From Mytilus trossulus (Eukaryota), in assembly GCF_036588685.1 (NCBI RefSeq), contig NC_086380.1, positions 20,832,001 to 20,896,000 of the forward strand: a stretch of 64,000 nucleotides of DNA. Reading direction: 5' to 3'. The translations under genes and the position numbers were made by a program. Below are positions 42,301 to 57,300 of the stretch, in pieces. A model generated the notes under the pieces. The model searched no databases. It was not told the origin of the DNA and worked only from the letters and a program-made list of their open reading frames with translations. How positions within the stretch are numbered: the stretch's first letter is position 1; the number at the start of each line of letters is the position of its first letter.

Positions 42301-45300
42301 GACGTATGTACAGATGTAAGATGCTGTGTTTCCGTACCATTGTTCGGTAACCATACATTTGATTTCTCACTTAATTTGGATGGATGTACACAATACATGG
42401 AAATAACTTTGGAGAATTACAAGAAACGATTCATGTTGAGAGACTATACCTTTGGTCAGGAAGATTATTTGTGGATTAAAGGAGTGTTCCGACTCAAGTA
42501 AGTGTGTTTTTTTTGGGGTCAGGCATTTCTATCTCAAAGCATGGTTATGTTAAAAAAAACACTTAAATCCCTTTGAGCAAAACCTAACTTTTTTATAGTC
42601 AAATTTAGACTTGAAGAGTCTCTTATTTGTTTTTTTTTCTGCCAAGTACCAAAATTTATAAGTTCTAGCAGAAGTGTATGAATAGATTACTGTAAATTCA
42701 GAAATTATTGCCAGGTTTTTATTATTGCGAATCATGCGACTGAGATGTAAACACAATAATTAAAACTCGCATTTTGTAATATTTTAACTGAATTAAGCAT
42801 GACTTTTATCAAATTCGTAAAAATTAAAATCGCATTCAAGTGTAAAATGACAAAATCGCAATAATAAATGAATGCAATAATTTCTGAATTTACAGTAATG
42901 TAATGAATATTTCTATGGGTTTAAGGGGTTAAATCTAGCAGTAAAACTCTTGCTTAAGCGTGATGTTTGTTTGGTTGTGTGAGGTTTATATGCGTCCATG
43001 TAATTTTATTTCAAATGATCAATGAAATAGAGAATTGGAATGTGGAATGTGTCAAAAAAGCAACACCCTGACCAAAGAGTAAAAAAACCAACAGAAGGCC
43101 ATCAATTGGTCTTCAACACAGCAAGAAATTCCCTCACACAGAGTTCAGGCTCTAAATGAAGATGTGTACTAATTCAGTGGTTTTTCACATGAATACCTGT
43201 TTTATTTATTTTTCCTAATCCAGGTACACAATAGATGATTTACCGGACCAGAATCTGTACAGAGTATCTGTTATGTTTGAGGTGTGTACCACAGATGGTT
43301 CACCATGTGAGTACAGCCTGACAGTAATGGACAGTGTAGAACTACCAAGATCTTCATGTCTACCACTGTGGGAATATGGATATGCTGAACAGGGTAAGTT
43401 AACTTACATCTTGTTTCAAAAATAAATGCAGGGTATAAATAAACGAAGACGTAGGATAAGAATTGGTTGAAACAGCTCCCCAACAGAATTTCACTTAGAT
43501 TTTCGCTGTACTATGCATTTGCTCATAGTGGACACTTCCCTAGGTCCCATGCATGTTTTTGAGAAACATCACTTTGGGCAGCTTAGGGCATTACTGATAA
43601 TATATTGCCTATAGACTAGTTACCACAATATGCTTATTGTTTAAAACTTATGTGTACCAAAGCTCACAGGATCTCAACATAAAAGGAGGCCTTTTTGCTG
43701 TATATGAATCATCCTATTTCTTTTTATGTAAGATTTGGTTTACCGTACAATAATTCTAATATCATTTATTTCAGGTTTTACCAAAGAACAATGGAAGAAA
43801 AGTAGAGGTCTTGAAGATGATGCTTCACTGAACTCCTGGCAGATTGCCAAGTTATTGGAAGAAACAGAGGTAGCTCTGTACCAAAACCACCCTCGCTGTA
43901 ACCATACAATGGGAAAATACCAAGGATCTGTAGATGGATGGGTTAACAGTAAGTCAAAATTCAGCCTGTTTTTGTAAGCCAGCATGAAATAATTCAAAAT
44001 TCTTAAAATAAGTAAAATTCTGGATGAAGATATTATGTGTTTTGATTGGTTTAATGCCTTATATTCTGAAATGTTTTTTACAGACTGTACATTGATTGTG
44101 TCCCCAAGTGTTTTGGATGGAAATATTGTTTTTTTGATTGGTAGTGAATGTTCCGAGGTGTCCTGTTGTACCAATGACCCTAAGACTATGAGTTATGTCA
44201 ATGCTTTATATAATTATGACATGTTGTTTTACAGACTGTACATTGATAGTGTCCCCAAGTGTTCTGGACGGTGATATTGTTTGTTTGATTGGTAGTGAAT
44301 GTTCTGAGGTATCCTGTTGTATCAATGACCCAGAGACCATGAGTGACGTCAACATCTACCTTAAACTGGATCCCTGTCAATTCACCTTACTGATTGGGGT
44401 AGAGAAATACAGCTTTGAAGTCTCTCTCCTAGACTTTGACTTTGGTGAGTATGGATTAATAACTTATGTGTTGTAATTGGTTGGTAATTTTGATAATCAT
44501 CATTTGTTTGATTGTAAAAATATTTGTGTACAATACTTTAAAGAGACAACAACCCAATGATGCTAAACACAAAAGTGATATCTTTGTCAACATATAGTCT
44601 TTAAATGTGTACATTCTTCAAAAGTTTTTGCCTTGATTTGAAAAAATGTGTGAATAGATTTAAGTAAAGACTGCATCAATACCAAATTACTGTAAATTCA
44701 AAAATTAATGCGAGGTTTTTATTTTTGCGAAAAAATGTGACTGAGTTGTAAACACAATAATTTCTCGCATTTTGAAATATTTTATATGAATTTAACAGGA
44801 TTTTTTTCACAATCGTAAAAATTAAAATTGCATTTAAGTCTAAAATGACAAAATCGCAATAATAAATGCACGCAATAATTTCTGAATTTACAGTACCTAG
44901 TTATAAAAATCTGTAAAATATAACATTAACCATTTCTTTGACTTTGTGTTGTTACCTATAAGGAGAATATTGTCAACTGTTTGTCATTATAAAAAGGAGA
45001 AAACATATCAATGTATACCATCTACAATGTTTGTAACTTTTAGAAATATGAGATGATAAAAATCTATGTATTATTCTTTGTTCTTTTAGAGAGGAGTTAT
45101 GAGTTAGATCTTAGTGGTATCTACAAAGTCAGGTAATTATAAGTAAACTGTTTCAGTAAATAAATGTGAAGGCAAGCAGGAATATTAACTTTACTTTACT
45201 GTTAGGACTGTCCTAGAAAAAAACTACAAAGGGGTCTTTGAAGATCTTACAGGTAGTGGCTACTAACCATTTAATTTACTTGAAAACATCTTATACGCAC

Positions 45301-48300
45301 CAGTGCATAGAAGTGAAATATGTCCCTACTTAGACACCTTGCGCAGCCCAAAGACAACATTTTATGCAGACCATATTTTTGCTTTACCTTTGACAGCAAA
45401 GAACATTTCATTTCCTTGTCTGTGCTTTCATCAGTCCCTTGATTTTGTATAAGGTTAAAGTATGTTTGTAGTTTACAATGATGCTGGTCACTTACTGTAC
45501 ATGTTCATAATGATGTCAAGTTTTAAAATGATGTCAAACTAAAGTTTTATGTATAGTTCTACCATTAGTTTCTGATTTGTATTTGTAGTTTCTCTGTGGA
45601 TGATCTGGTGAATAGTGGAATGTATGTGGTCAACATGACGGTCAGCATCTGTTGGAGTAGTGGTCAAGATTGTCAGTTTATGTCACAAGTTTTCAAGAAT
45701 ACATTGTTGCCTAAACGCACATGTGATACACAGATAGACTTTACTCAGTCAGGTATATAATCTGTTTTATTTATGGTGGTACCTAACACTACAGGGAGAT
45801 AACTCTGTAAAATCAGCTAAATGTTTTAATTACGTTGTGTTTTGAGGGAATATTAAGCTTCTCAATGATCAAAATAAGTGTTTGTCAAACTGCTATATAA
45901 GCAGTGTATTTTTTTGATAAAACGGGTGGTTCAAATTTTTTGAAATTTTAACATTTTTGTCAAAGGGTCAAAGTAAATACTTTGTAAAATTTTTATGAAA
46001 ATTAAACGAGCCAAATTAATTTTAGTGAAGGTGTTGGGTACCACCTTAATGGTATGTTCAATGTAAAAATGTATTTTGCTTAACAAGAAAACAGTAGAAT
46101 CTTTATTTTCTGACACAAATAGAGCAATATTTTCTATTTGTAAGAGTTTTTACTGGCTAAATAGAGTAAAAGTATGCAGGTAAATCCAAATTGATTATAA
46201 TAAATAAGATTAGTATCATGGTTAACTGTGAGTAATTATAAAGAAGACATTTGGGAACTTTTTTCGATACAGTTTGAATGTTTAACATTAACATACTCAA
46301 TGAATAATATTCCTGAACTTCTTTCTTTACCTATCAGATGTGAACACATCCATATCCTTTGTTTTTCTATTGCATTGAAATAATTGTGTTTTTATCTTGT
46401 TCTTTCAGACTTTAGTTATACCAACTGGCTCACCACTACAGGGTATACAGATGCCACACCTCTTACAGGTGATGCACTAGATGACCTTGAAGAAGTCCTT
46501 GACATTGTCAAGTTCTATCAACCTACTGGTTATACTGTAGTTAATGTCAGTAGTAACGGGTGGAATAATGGTAAGTCCCTTCACATGTTTCCATAGCAAT
46601 ATAACACAGTATGACCTTGAAGAAGTCCTTGACATTACCAATTTTAATGAACCTACTGGTTATACTGTAGTTAATGTCAGTAGTAATGGCTGGAATAATG
46701 GTAAGTCCCTTCACATGTTTCCATAGCAATTTAACACAGTATGACCCTGAAGAAGTCATTGACATTGCCAAGTTCTATCAACCTACTGGTTACACTGTAG
46801 TTAATGTCAGTAGTAACGGGTGGAATAATGGTAAGTCCCTTCACATGTCTCCATAGCAATATGACACAGTATATCAGAGTAAGTTCCCCTGAAACAAATT
46901 AATCATCAGGTTTCAAATGTATCAAGAGCTGCCATTTCACACTATTTATTTGACTTTTTTGTAACAACTTTGTTGTAAGTTTTCTTACTTAAAGATCATA
47001 CACAGGGGTGGATCAACCCATTTTTGAAAAGGGGTTTACCCCCACAGATAAAAAAAGGTGTAGTTTCAACTATATGTCCTCATTCAAATGTATTGATGGT
47101 AAAAAAAAGGGGGAGTTCTAACCCCTGGAACTGCCACTGATATAATGTTATAAAAAATGTTTAAATCCCACGTGTTATTTTCAGAATGTGTCTTGGGCAT
47201 GGTAGAGCTACCAGACATTTCTCTTGCTGCTAATTGTACTCTCCAACCCCATTGTACAGCTGTAGACTGTAGTATTTACTCACCAAGACTTGGCAGGAGT
47301 TTCCATGCTGCTGTAGATATTGACCCCTGTCATGCTCGTATGGTGGTAAAGATAGAGAAAATGAACTTCAATGTGGGACTACTGGAAAAACAATATGGTA
47401 AAAATATCAAGCAAAAAGTAAAAGCACAAAAATACTGAACTCTCAGGTTTAAAATTCTCTAATCAAATGGCAAAATCAAATGACAAAACACATATGCAAC
47501 GAATGTCTACTGGGAGAAATTCAAAATTAAAGAATTTTTTTAAAGATTAATCTTAACAGTGCTTCTTTGCCATCTTATAAATATAACCTTATAAATGTAT
47601 TCATTTTGTTTTGAGTCCTTCACACCTTTTTTCAATGATGTCATTTTAATTTCTGAAATTGTATAAAGTATTGTCTTTTAGATTAGATTTACAACGTAAA
47701 GATACTTTTAAGTTTGTTTAGCTTTGAACCTTTAGTTTATAACTTGTACTGTTTGTATTAAGAATTAATAAAAGATTAAAAAAATGAAGCAAACAATATA
47801 AACACAACTTTTACTGAAGCATAAAAGATATTTGCGTAGCTGCTTATTTTATAAGTATAGTGTATAAAAGATGTAGTAAACTTTTGATAGGATACAGTTT
47901 TGATATAATCTTCCTGTTTCATTTTAGGTGATTTGTGGCAAGTTTGGTTGAAAGGAGTTATAAGACTAGAGTAAGTAGTTCTTTTTGTTCCCATGTTGTA
48001 ATTATGTCCAAATGTATTTGATTCGATACCTGGTCAAAGACCAAATAGATTAACTGGCTAATATGATATTAAAAACCAGAATTTTTTCTTATTGAAATGT
48101 TTTCCATATCTCATTTTTGTCACTTATATACTTTCTATATCTTTTGAAAGATGATTAGATATACTAAAGACTTGATTTTTTTTGTATATAAATCATTGGA
48201 TTAAGTGCTGTTCTGTTAAAGAAAATCAAATGTATAATTTATCTTTTTGAACATTTATAGCTTCACCGTCAATAACTTACTGACTGAGAACCTGTACCTA

Positions 48301-51300
48301 GTAAACATGAACTTGAGCATATGTTTCGAGTCGTCTGGAGCATGTGAAGTTGGACCTGTAAACATTCTTGTCAACACTTTACTTCACAAGAAACCATGTG
48401 ACTTCTCCAGTGACTTTGCAGTTACAGGTATGTCGATGCTAGTAGCCTCAGTGTGGTGTACATAATGTATTTGTCAATCTTGTTCTTGATTTATTATCAA
48501 AGGGAGATAATAAGTTTAAAAGTGTTTTTTTTTTTTAACTTTAATTTGCAATGTACAACTAATTTTTACAAGGTAATTGTTTTTTTTTAGCAATAAGTTT
48601 TAAGTTGTTTTTTTATTTAATTTACAAAGTACAACTTATTTTTAAACGGTGATTTAGTTTTTTTTTAGCAATAAGTTTAAAGTTGTTTTTTATTTAATTT
48701 ACAATGTACAACTAATTTTTACAAGGTAATTTGTTTTTTTTAGCAATAAGTTTTAAGTTGTTTTTTATTTAATTTACAATGTACAACTAATTTTTACAAT
48801 GTAATTTGTTTTTTTAGCAATAAGTTTTAAGTTGTATTTTATTTAATTAACAATGTACAACCAATTTTTACAAGGTAATTTAGTGTTTTTTTTACATAAA
48901 CACATATATTTTTAATGAGGTTATTCTTCATAAAGTGTGGATATCATATAGAATAAGAAGTTGCAGTCATTATATTAATTATTATGGGTAGAGAACAAGG
49001 GAGTGAGCAGCACATGTCATTCTTTCATCAAGTACAAAATTATTAGCTGTATGTGGTTAATTCCATTTATACTTTTATAGGGTTTTCTTTGGAAGCAATG
49101 AAACAGACTTACCATCTATCAGAAGCTGGGGCACTACCTAGTTACTTTGTACAGCAGGTTTTGAATACAGCCAGCGTGTCACAGTATCTTCTGGAGCCCT
49201 CATGTAACAGACTGTCTTCACCATTTGGTACAACTTACGATGGATGGATGAAAGGTAAGGGAAATATTTCAATAATTGTTAAGGCAAGTATTAGATATTT
49301 CTTCATGCAATTTTTTTTTCAATAGGACAAATTAAAGTTTGTTTCTTTGTTTTTCCTTAATATTGCAAAGAGAATTAGTCTTGAAGTAAAAAATAAAAAT
49401 CTAAATGATAAAAAAATAAAAATCAGAAAAAAGGAGATAAAAGGTTGAAATTTAATTTTCTAAACCAGAAGTATGGATTTTTAGTAATTTTTAATTGATT
49501 AAAAACATCCTAAACATGGAATAGCCAACCAATGGGTAACATTATTTTGACTTTTGGTGTACCGTTATGTTTAAGAAAATTACCCATAATCCTTTAGATT
49601 GTTAAGCAGAAAATCGATACAATGAGACTGGATTGTTAATTCTGCTTTATATTATTAATAGGTTGTTCTCAGTCCTTGACCCTGGAATATATCAAACCAA
49701 CAGAGACCACCTGTTTCACGTTACCAGATTGTACAGGGTTCCAGTGCTGTGTAGATGCAGCGGTCATTGGAAGGTCGTTCTTATACAAAATATCTGTTGA
49801 TGCTTGTAAAAACAAACTGACTGTCGCCATTGAAGGTCTAGAATACGAACAGAATCTCTTAACTTACAAATTTGGTGAGTTCAAATATTGAAAAGTCTAT
49901 GATTGAAAATAGAATTTATGACTTTATGTATAATTTGAATATTAGATTATCAAAAAGTTTCTGTTAATTGTAGTGTTTATTATTAACTTTCCATTCATAC
50001 AATTTTGCACAAACAAGAGATACTTTTTTTTAAATCAACTATCCTATTGTTTACTTCTATGAATGCATGATCTTTTATCAGTTACATAAACCAAATGATA
50101 TACCCTGTATACATATATGTTGTTTCTTGGTACATTTCAGGTACTCAAGATAAGTTCTACGTAAATGGTATCTTCAAAATGGAGTAAGTATTATTTTTAG
50201 AAGAAACCAAGAAAATTTGATGTCACAAATTCAAACAATTATTTACTGAGAATGACTATTTCACTAGTGAGGAGAACAATTTTTTCACAAGCAGTTAGCA
50301 TGTAGAATAGTGAAAATTTTGAAAAATAACATGTCAAATTAATACTTTCTCATTAGAAACATTTGAAGTAATATCAGGAACTTTTCTGTTCTTCAAAAAT
50401 CAGTAATCTGTATAAATATTATTGATACACAATTCTGAAATTTTCTTGGAACAGATAAATTAGATATGAAAAAAATTAATAAAGTGGTTACAAATTGACA
50501 TTTATATTATCATGAGGATACTTTATGGTTTGTTTACATTACAGCTACATGATAGAGGAGCTACCAATAGATGGGTCTTACTTGTTGAGTGTCACACTGA
50601 GTGTATGTTTAGAGTCCAATGCTGATTGTGCTGTACAGAGAGTAGTAGCTAGTAGTCTTAAGATAGACAAACCTACATGTACATCTACTGGACAATTTGC
50701 AATTCCAGGTAATACTGAAAATTCAACAATTATTACAATGTTTTTATTATTGAGAAAAATGTGACAGGGTTATAATTGCAATTATTTAAACTAGCATTTC
50801 GACATTTTTTATCTGAAAAAACTTGATTTTTTTCAATTGCATTTTGGTCTAAAATGACAAAATTGCAATAATATCTGAATTTACAATAATATAAATATAA
50901 AGAATTAAGGTCAGAAGGGATTGCAACATATGTAGACAACAGTTACTCATTCTTTATAAGATTTGAAGTTCACTTATATCAGATGTGCATTAGTGAATTT
51001 TCTATTGTCTTTGTGAATAAAAGCTTATTTTAAATTCAAAAACCCTGGATGTTCCTCTCTGATAATACCAATGGATCACAATGGATGATGACCATCTCAT
51101 TTTATTTTTTTATACATATGACAATTATATTTTTAGGATTTTCCCTGACTGAGTGGAAGTCTAGTTTGGGATTAAGTTCCACAGGCTATCTACCAGAATA
51201 TGCTGTTACTCTTCTGATGAGTGATCTCAACATTGCCAAGTACAAGAAAGAACCTCAGTGTACCTTAGCATCGCCAGGCTGGCAAGCAGGAGGTCAGTAA

Positions 51301-54300
51301 CATTAACCTTCTGATGAAAAACTGCAATTTGAAATTTGAATTCTTATGTTTCTGCTGCATGTTTTTGTCTCATTAGCATCAATATCATTTTGTTCTTTAC
51401 ATTCTCAAAATAAATCTTGCCTAAATTATTGGAGAAAGTTCTTGTGCTGTGATACAAAATAGAAAATATGAAAGGTATACGGTTTACTGTACAGATTTGA
51501 ATTGCTGACTTCAAATCAATGGTAGAGAATATTAACTCTAATTTTAAAAATGTAATTATAGGTTGTCCGTTGACTATCGACAAGCCAATGCTCCATGACA
51601 ATGTTACCTGTCAAGTGACCAGTAGTTGTACTGGTGTTACGTGCTGTGTGTATACAAAAGTACTGAACCGTAACATTGATGTGAACCTCCTTCTGGACCC
51701 ATGTGAACAAAGTTTGTCTCTCTCCATTGATTCTCTGGTGCACAATAGAAGTTTGTACGACTTCACCTTTGGTAAGTCATTTTTATGCTTTAATATTAAG
51801 ATAAGAAAACTGAAGTGAAGTGAAATTTATATGAAGGTAAACTAGAAAATTAAATTACTCAAAATGAGTTTCATAACCTATCAATATTTTAACCTATTTT
51901 GACTATTAACAATTCTCTACTGATTTATATTAACAAATTTAAATTCTAGATTTTTTTAATTTCGTTATAATAGTACATCCTTAAACAATGTATATAGTCT
52001 ATATGATATTTTTGTCTATTACAGGAGGTTTACAACAGTTTTACATGGAAAATGTTGTTAGAGTGGAGTGAGTATCCAAAACCAAAATAACATTTTTTTT
52101 ATAACCAGAGTGACTGACATTTGTTAAAATAAGCAGTTTTATTTTCAAAAGTTTATTATAAAATAATTGTAAAAGAAGTACTTATTTTAAATTTACTTGG
52201 ATCTTAGATTGGGTATAATCTTTTTTTTTTAAGATATTTTAGATTTATATACTTTTTGATTGTTCAACATTAGTTAATTTCCTTGTAAAGATATTAAAAC
52301 ATGTGTATTTCATGATAAGATATGTGTAATTTTAATATTTATTCTAGCTATGTGATCTACGATCTTACCAGCGAGTACCAATACCTTGTTGACATGAATA
52401 TCAGTGTTTGCTACGAGACATTAGCGCCATGTGAATTAGAAACAATGGTGTTCCATAGTTCTGTTTTGCATAAGAAGCCATGTCAGTGGACAACAGGCTT
52501 CAGAGACCCAAGTAAGTTGGTAACCTATACCCCGATTTTTAGGAACTGTCAAATTGGTCTTTTGCCAATTTAGTTATATGTTAGATCTGACAAATGAGAA
52601 AGCAACTTATTGATGCTCAAAACTAAAAGATTAGCATACATCTTCAACAATAGAAGGGTTTATATACAAGAAGTATTTTTCACTTAAGCTTAACAAATGT
52701 TTTTTTCATAATTTTTAATGCCACTAAATACATTTTTCTTATATTTCAAGTGCCAAAAGTAGTTCCAAACATGTGTTTTAATTTTTATGAAAAAAATGGT
52801 TATGTAACCACCTAGTGTACAATTTGAAATGAGAAAATGATCGAAAATATTTGATTACTTTAATAATGTTTATTTTACAGATTTCTCTGAGTCTGAATGG
52901 AGAAATGAGATGAACATTACATCTGATGCTCAGCTGTCCCCAGTAGACATAGCCAAACTAACAGAGGCTCTTTACGTGGGACCTTACCAGGCGGACATAC
53001 CTTGTCAGGGATACAATTCACCATACAAAGGAGCCATCAATGGATGGAAAGATGGTAGGTCTCATGCAAAAAAGGAAATTTTATTTTGTAAAAAAAAATC
53101 ATGCTTGTCAGACAATTCTTTATTTTTTTTAAAAACACATAACCTTGAAAATATGAAGGTTATAATATTTCACTGCCATGCTAACTAAATAAAACATTGA
53201 CCTAAACATGTTCTTGTCAGATGGAACCTTGACTGATTCTGCTTGATAACAGTAGACTAGGCTATATGATAATGGTTTGATATCTTAACATTTCATGACA
53301 TACTATATCTACGTTACAGAATGCTCAGCTACTAACTTGGAGAACTTACCATCGTCTATGATGAAGTGTTACATACCTGCCACTTGTAGTTTTATCAAAT
53401 GTTGCCATGAAGTTGGTCTGCTGGGTACACCAATGGAGACAGAGCTGAAGATTGACTCGTGTAACTTTGAAATGTCAGTCAGGATTGAAAAACTGGAGTT
53501 CAAAGTTCCCTTCCATGACTACCAGTGGGGTAAGTTCTAGTCAGGGATATTTAGAATTGATTTTAAGATTTTTATAATTTGAAATTGTCTTGGACTTATT
53601 CTTTCTATTTTCCTCACTTTTTCTTGCAATATTACATATACTTTCAGCCTTATTCATTTCAAAAAGATATAAGAAGATGTGGTATGAGTGCCAATGAGAA
53701 AACCATTCAAACAGGAAAACCACTGTCTAATCTAGATAAAAACGAGAAACATTTTAAATCACATCAACAATAAAATCTTTTTTTTATTATTTTAATTATG
53801 TGAATATCAGTTTTTGCTGTATAGCTGATACCAACTAACTAACATTGTCTGTTTCTATTTACAGGAGTTTTACAGAGTATGGACCTATTTGGATTGTTGA
53901 AAATGGAGTAAGTATTACACTCATTTATATCAAAGGATAAAATGTTCTATTGTTAATTCCCACTTAGAGGCATTATGTTTTTCAGTCTGAGTGTTCGTCC
54001 GGATTTCACAGTCCACTGAACATAGCAACCAGCATTCATGTACTATGGACATATTTTTGTTTAAATACGACCTGTATGTGTTGATTGCAATTCTTAAATG
54101 TAAATGTTATTGTTAAAAAAACACTGTGGTCAGAGATTGGGAACTATAATGATCACAATAACCTCTGAATTTATTATAATTATATGGATTGTTTATATTT
54201 GATATTTAAGTAGACTACAGTAATTTAAATGAAAGAGGTAAATATCTTTGAGAAAGCAACTTGACTGCTCAAAATCCATTAGAATAATTACTTCTTTCAT

Positions 54301-57300
54301 GATTCTGTTTGAATAGACCAAAATCAAACAAATGTAAAGTAAAAGGAACCAATATTGAATATTTTTTCTCCCTACAGCTTTGTCATAGAGAATCTATATG
54401 AGTCCAGACAGTATTTAGTTTCTATGAATCTGACATTATCATATGAATCAACTGGAAATGTAACAGCAGCCACCATACTGATGGACAAAGCCATTCTATC
54501 TAAGGAGCAATGTGATTGGAGCTCAGACTTCCATATAACTGGTTAGTATTTATATTGTTTATCTAAGGAGCAATGTGATTGGAGCTCAGATTTCCATACA
54601 TCTTGTTAGTACTTAAATGTTTATAAATATCATGGTTTAATTTTACAAATAGTGACTTGCATAGAGAGTTTTCTCATTGGCACTCATACCACATCTTCTT
54701 GTATCTAGCAACAAAATTAGATGAATATTGATTATTTGAAAACTTTCATATTATGAAATATTTGATAAATTTGTATGTACTTTGTTTTATGTCACTTTTT
54801 TTTTTAGAATATGAAGGGAATAATCAAACAATGCCTTAAAATATGTGAGGCTACTTTTCCTTCTTTGTACCAAGTACAAATTTATTTGATATCCATTTTA
54901 TGTATGTTTTTTGTTTAAACTGTTAATTTCAAATGTTAACTATCCTTACTTTTCATTATGTCACTATGATCAATTATGATGATTTTAAATTAAAATATTT
55001 TTTGTTGAATATTTCAGGTTTTTCCCTGTACACATATCTGTTAAACAGGAACCATGGCCCTACTGAAACCATGACACCAAACTTGTTACTACAGTTTATG
55101 GAAGATACCAACTTGGCACCATTCATGCAGGAGGAAATGTGTAACAGAACTGGTGCCCTGTATAACAATCAATCATGGACACAAGGTATGAAACGAGGCT
55201 TATCTTATTTGATAGCTGTCAGCTGTTGGCTGTTAAAAACCTGAAATTTGTTATCTCCTTCTGCAGCAAAAATTTCAATTGGAGATTTTCAGTAGGACCT
55301 AACGTTCTTTTATCTTATTTTTGCAATAATTTATTATTGTTTAAAAAGTTGCAATAAACATGTAATTTATAAACCATACCATTTAAAAGATGTGAAATTT
55401 GTTGTTAAATGGCACCTGTTACTCAAATGTTGCAATTTACCATGATGAAGTGTCGCAAATTTCAAAAAAGCAGTCAGGTTTTTAATGTATTCTTTCCTTT
55501 TATAGATTGTGCTGCCAACCTAACATTGCCAACTTTATCAGACAAAGTTAATGGTCACATAACTACAATGTGTACAGGAGTTCAAGCTTGTATACAGAAT
55601 GAAGTGATTCAGAGGTCATTTGAATTCTCCCTTCTACTGGATCCCTGTTCTAACAGGCTCAGTATCAGTATAGAGAGAGCTAGATACAACAGAACACTGG
55701 GTGATTTTGAATATGGTAAGTTATATTTGAAATGGATAATTAGTTAGATTTGAATAAATTGATGATTAGAAATATGTATATAAATAAACTCATCATAGAT
55801 ACCAGGACTAAATTGATTGTATACGCCAGACGCGCGTTTCGTCTACAAAAGACTCCTCAGTGAAGCTTGAATCCAAAAAAAGTTAAAAAGGCCAAATAAA
55901 GTACGAATAATAAATTGTCTTTTTCTATCAAGGTTTATATTATCCGACAGATGTTTTGTAATAGATACAGAAAAAACTGTGTAAACCAAGCCCTGCATGA
56001 AATAAAAAACCTGTCTTTACTGAACCTTTGTGGGTGGGGAAGGGGGATATGCAGAAAAATTATTAAAATGACTAAATTTTTATGTTTCTTTTTTTTATTT
56101 GTAGGAGAAGACCATTACTACAATTTACAAGGAATTATTCGTCTGAAGTAAGTACATGATATTTTGATGAATAAAATTAAGAGAAACAATTAAAATCTGT
56201 TAGACATTACCATTCAAATTGTTCTGTTGAAAAATGGGAAGGGAATGAAAGATTAAAGATAATAAAATGAATGATAAACAATTTTGGTTTATCATAATGA
56301 GACCAAAGACCTTAAACCCAGCATTGATTTTTGACACCAAAAAAAACGAATCAATCAATGTCGACATATTATTTCTATTTCAGATATAATATTGAAGATC
56401 TGTACACAGAGCGTTATTATCTGTTAAATGTAGTTGCCTATTTTTGTTATGAGACATCAGGCGTTGTCTGTACACTGGAGAACAGCTTTACAATCTTGGA
56501 GAACACTAAGTTACCTAAAAGAGTCTGTAGCTATGATCAAGGATTCAAAACAACAGGTATGGATGCATCATTTTCAACTATTCTTATTATCTCTTGTCTA
56601 ATAGAAAGGATTAGGGGAATCAATAAATGACACCAAATTGGTATGTGCACATCAAAAAACAAAACAAAAGCAAAGGAACAGTGCTTTGTATTTGTATTCT
56701 TTTTTTCAGTATTTTTTTCAATTTATTAATAAGGCATTTGATGTCAATTTTATGACATGTGGTGCTAATGTTGTATCTTAAAGTTCTTGGAAAAATATAT
56801 GGATTGTATAAGTGGAGAAAGCACTCAGGGATCAACAAAATACTTTATTTTAGTATACTTTTAAGTTACAACAATGAAGGGCAAAAGATCTGCAACCTTT
56901 TTTTTGTAAAGTTTCCAATCTAAACTACATGTGATCAGTTTGTTTGATTGGTTGATTTCTATTTTATTTTTCAGGTTTTTCTAAGACCCAGTGGTATGCT
57001 GACAATGGAATAGCAGACGGACAAGTTCTGCCTGACTGGGCGGCATCATCATTCCTGGATGACCTTCACATTGCTGCCTATTTACAGACAGATCAGTGTG
57101 GACAACAGACTGATGTACAATATACAGCTGGATGGAATCTAGGTGAGGGTTTCAATTTAAATCTTTTTTTATATTGATCAAAAATTTTGAATTCAGAAAA
57201 AGGTATCCTTCTTTAAGTTAAAAATTTAAGAACTCAAAAGACCAACAAACTATATTTAATATTGATGCATTTTACAGGTTGTACAAAGACTGTCAGTTTA

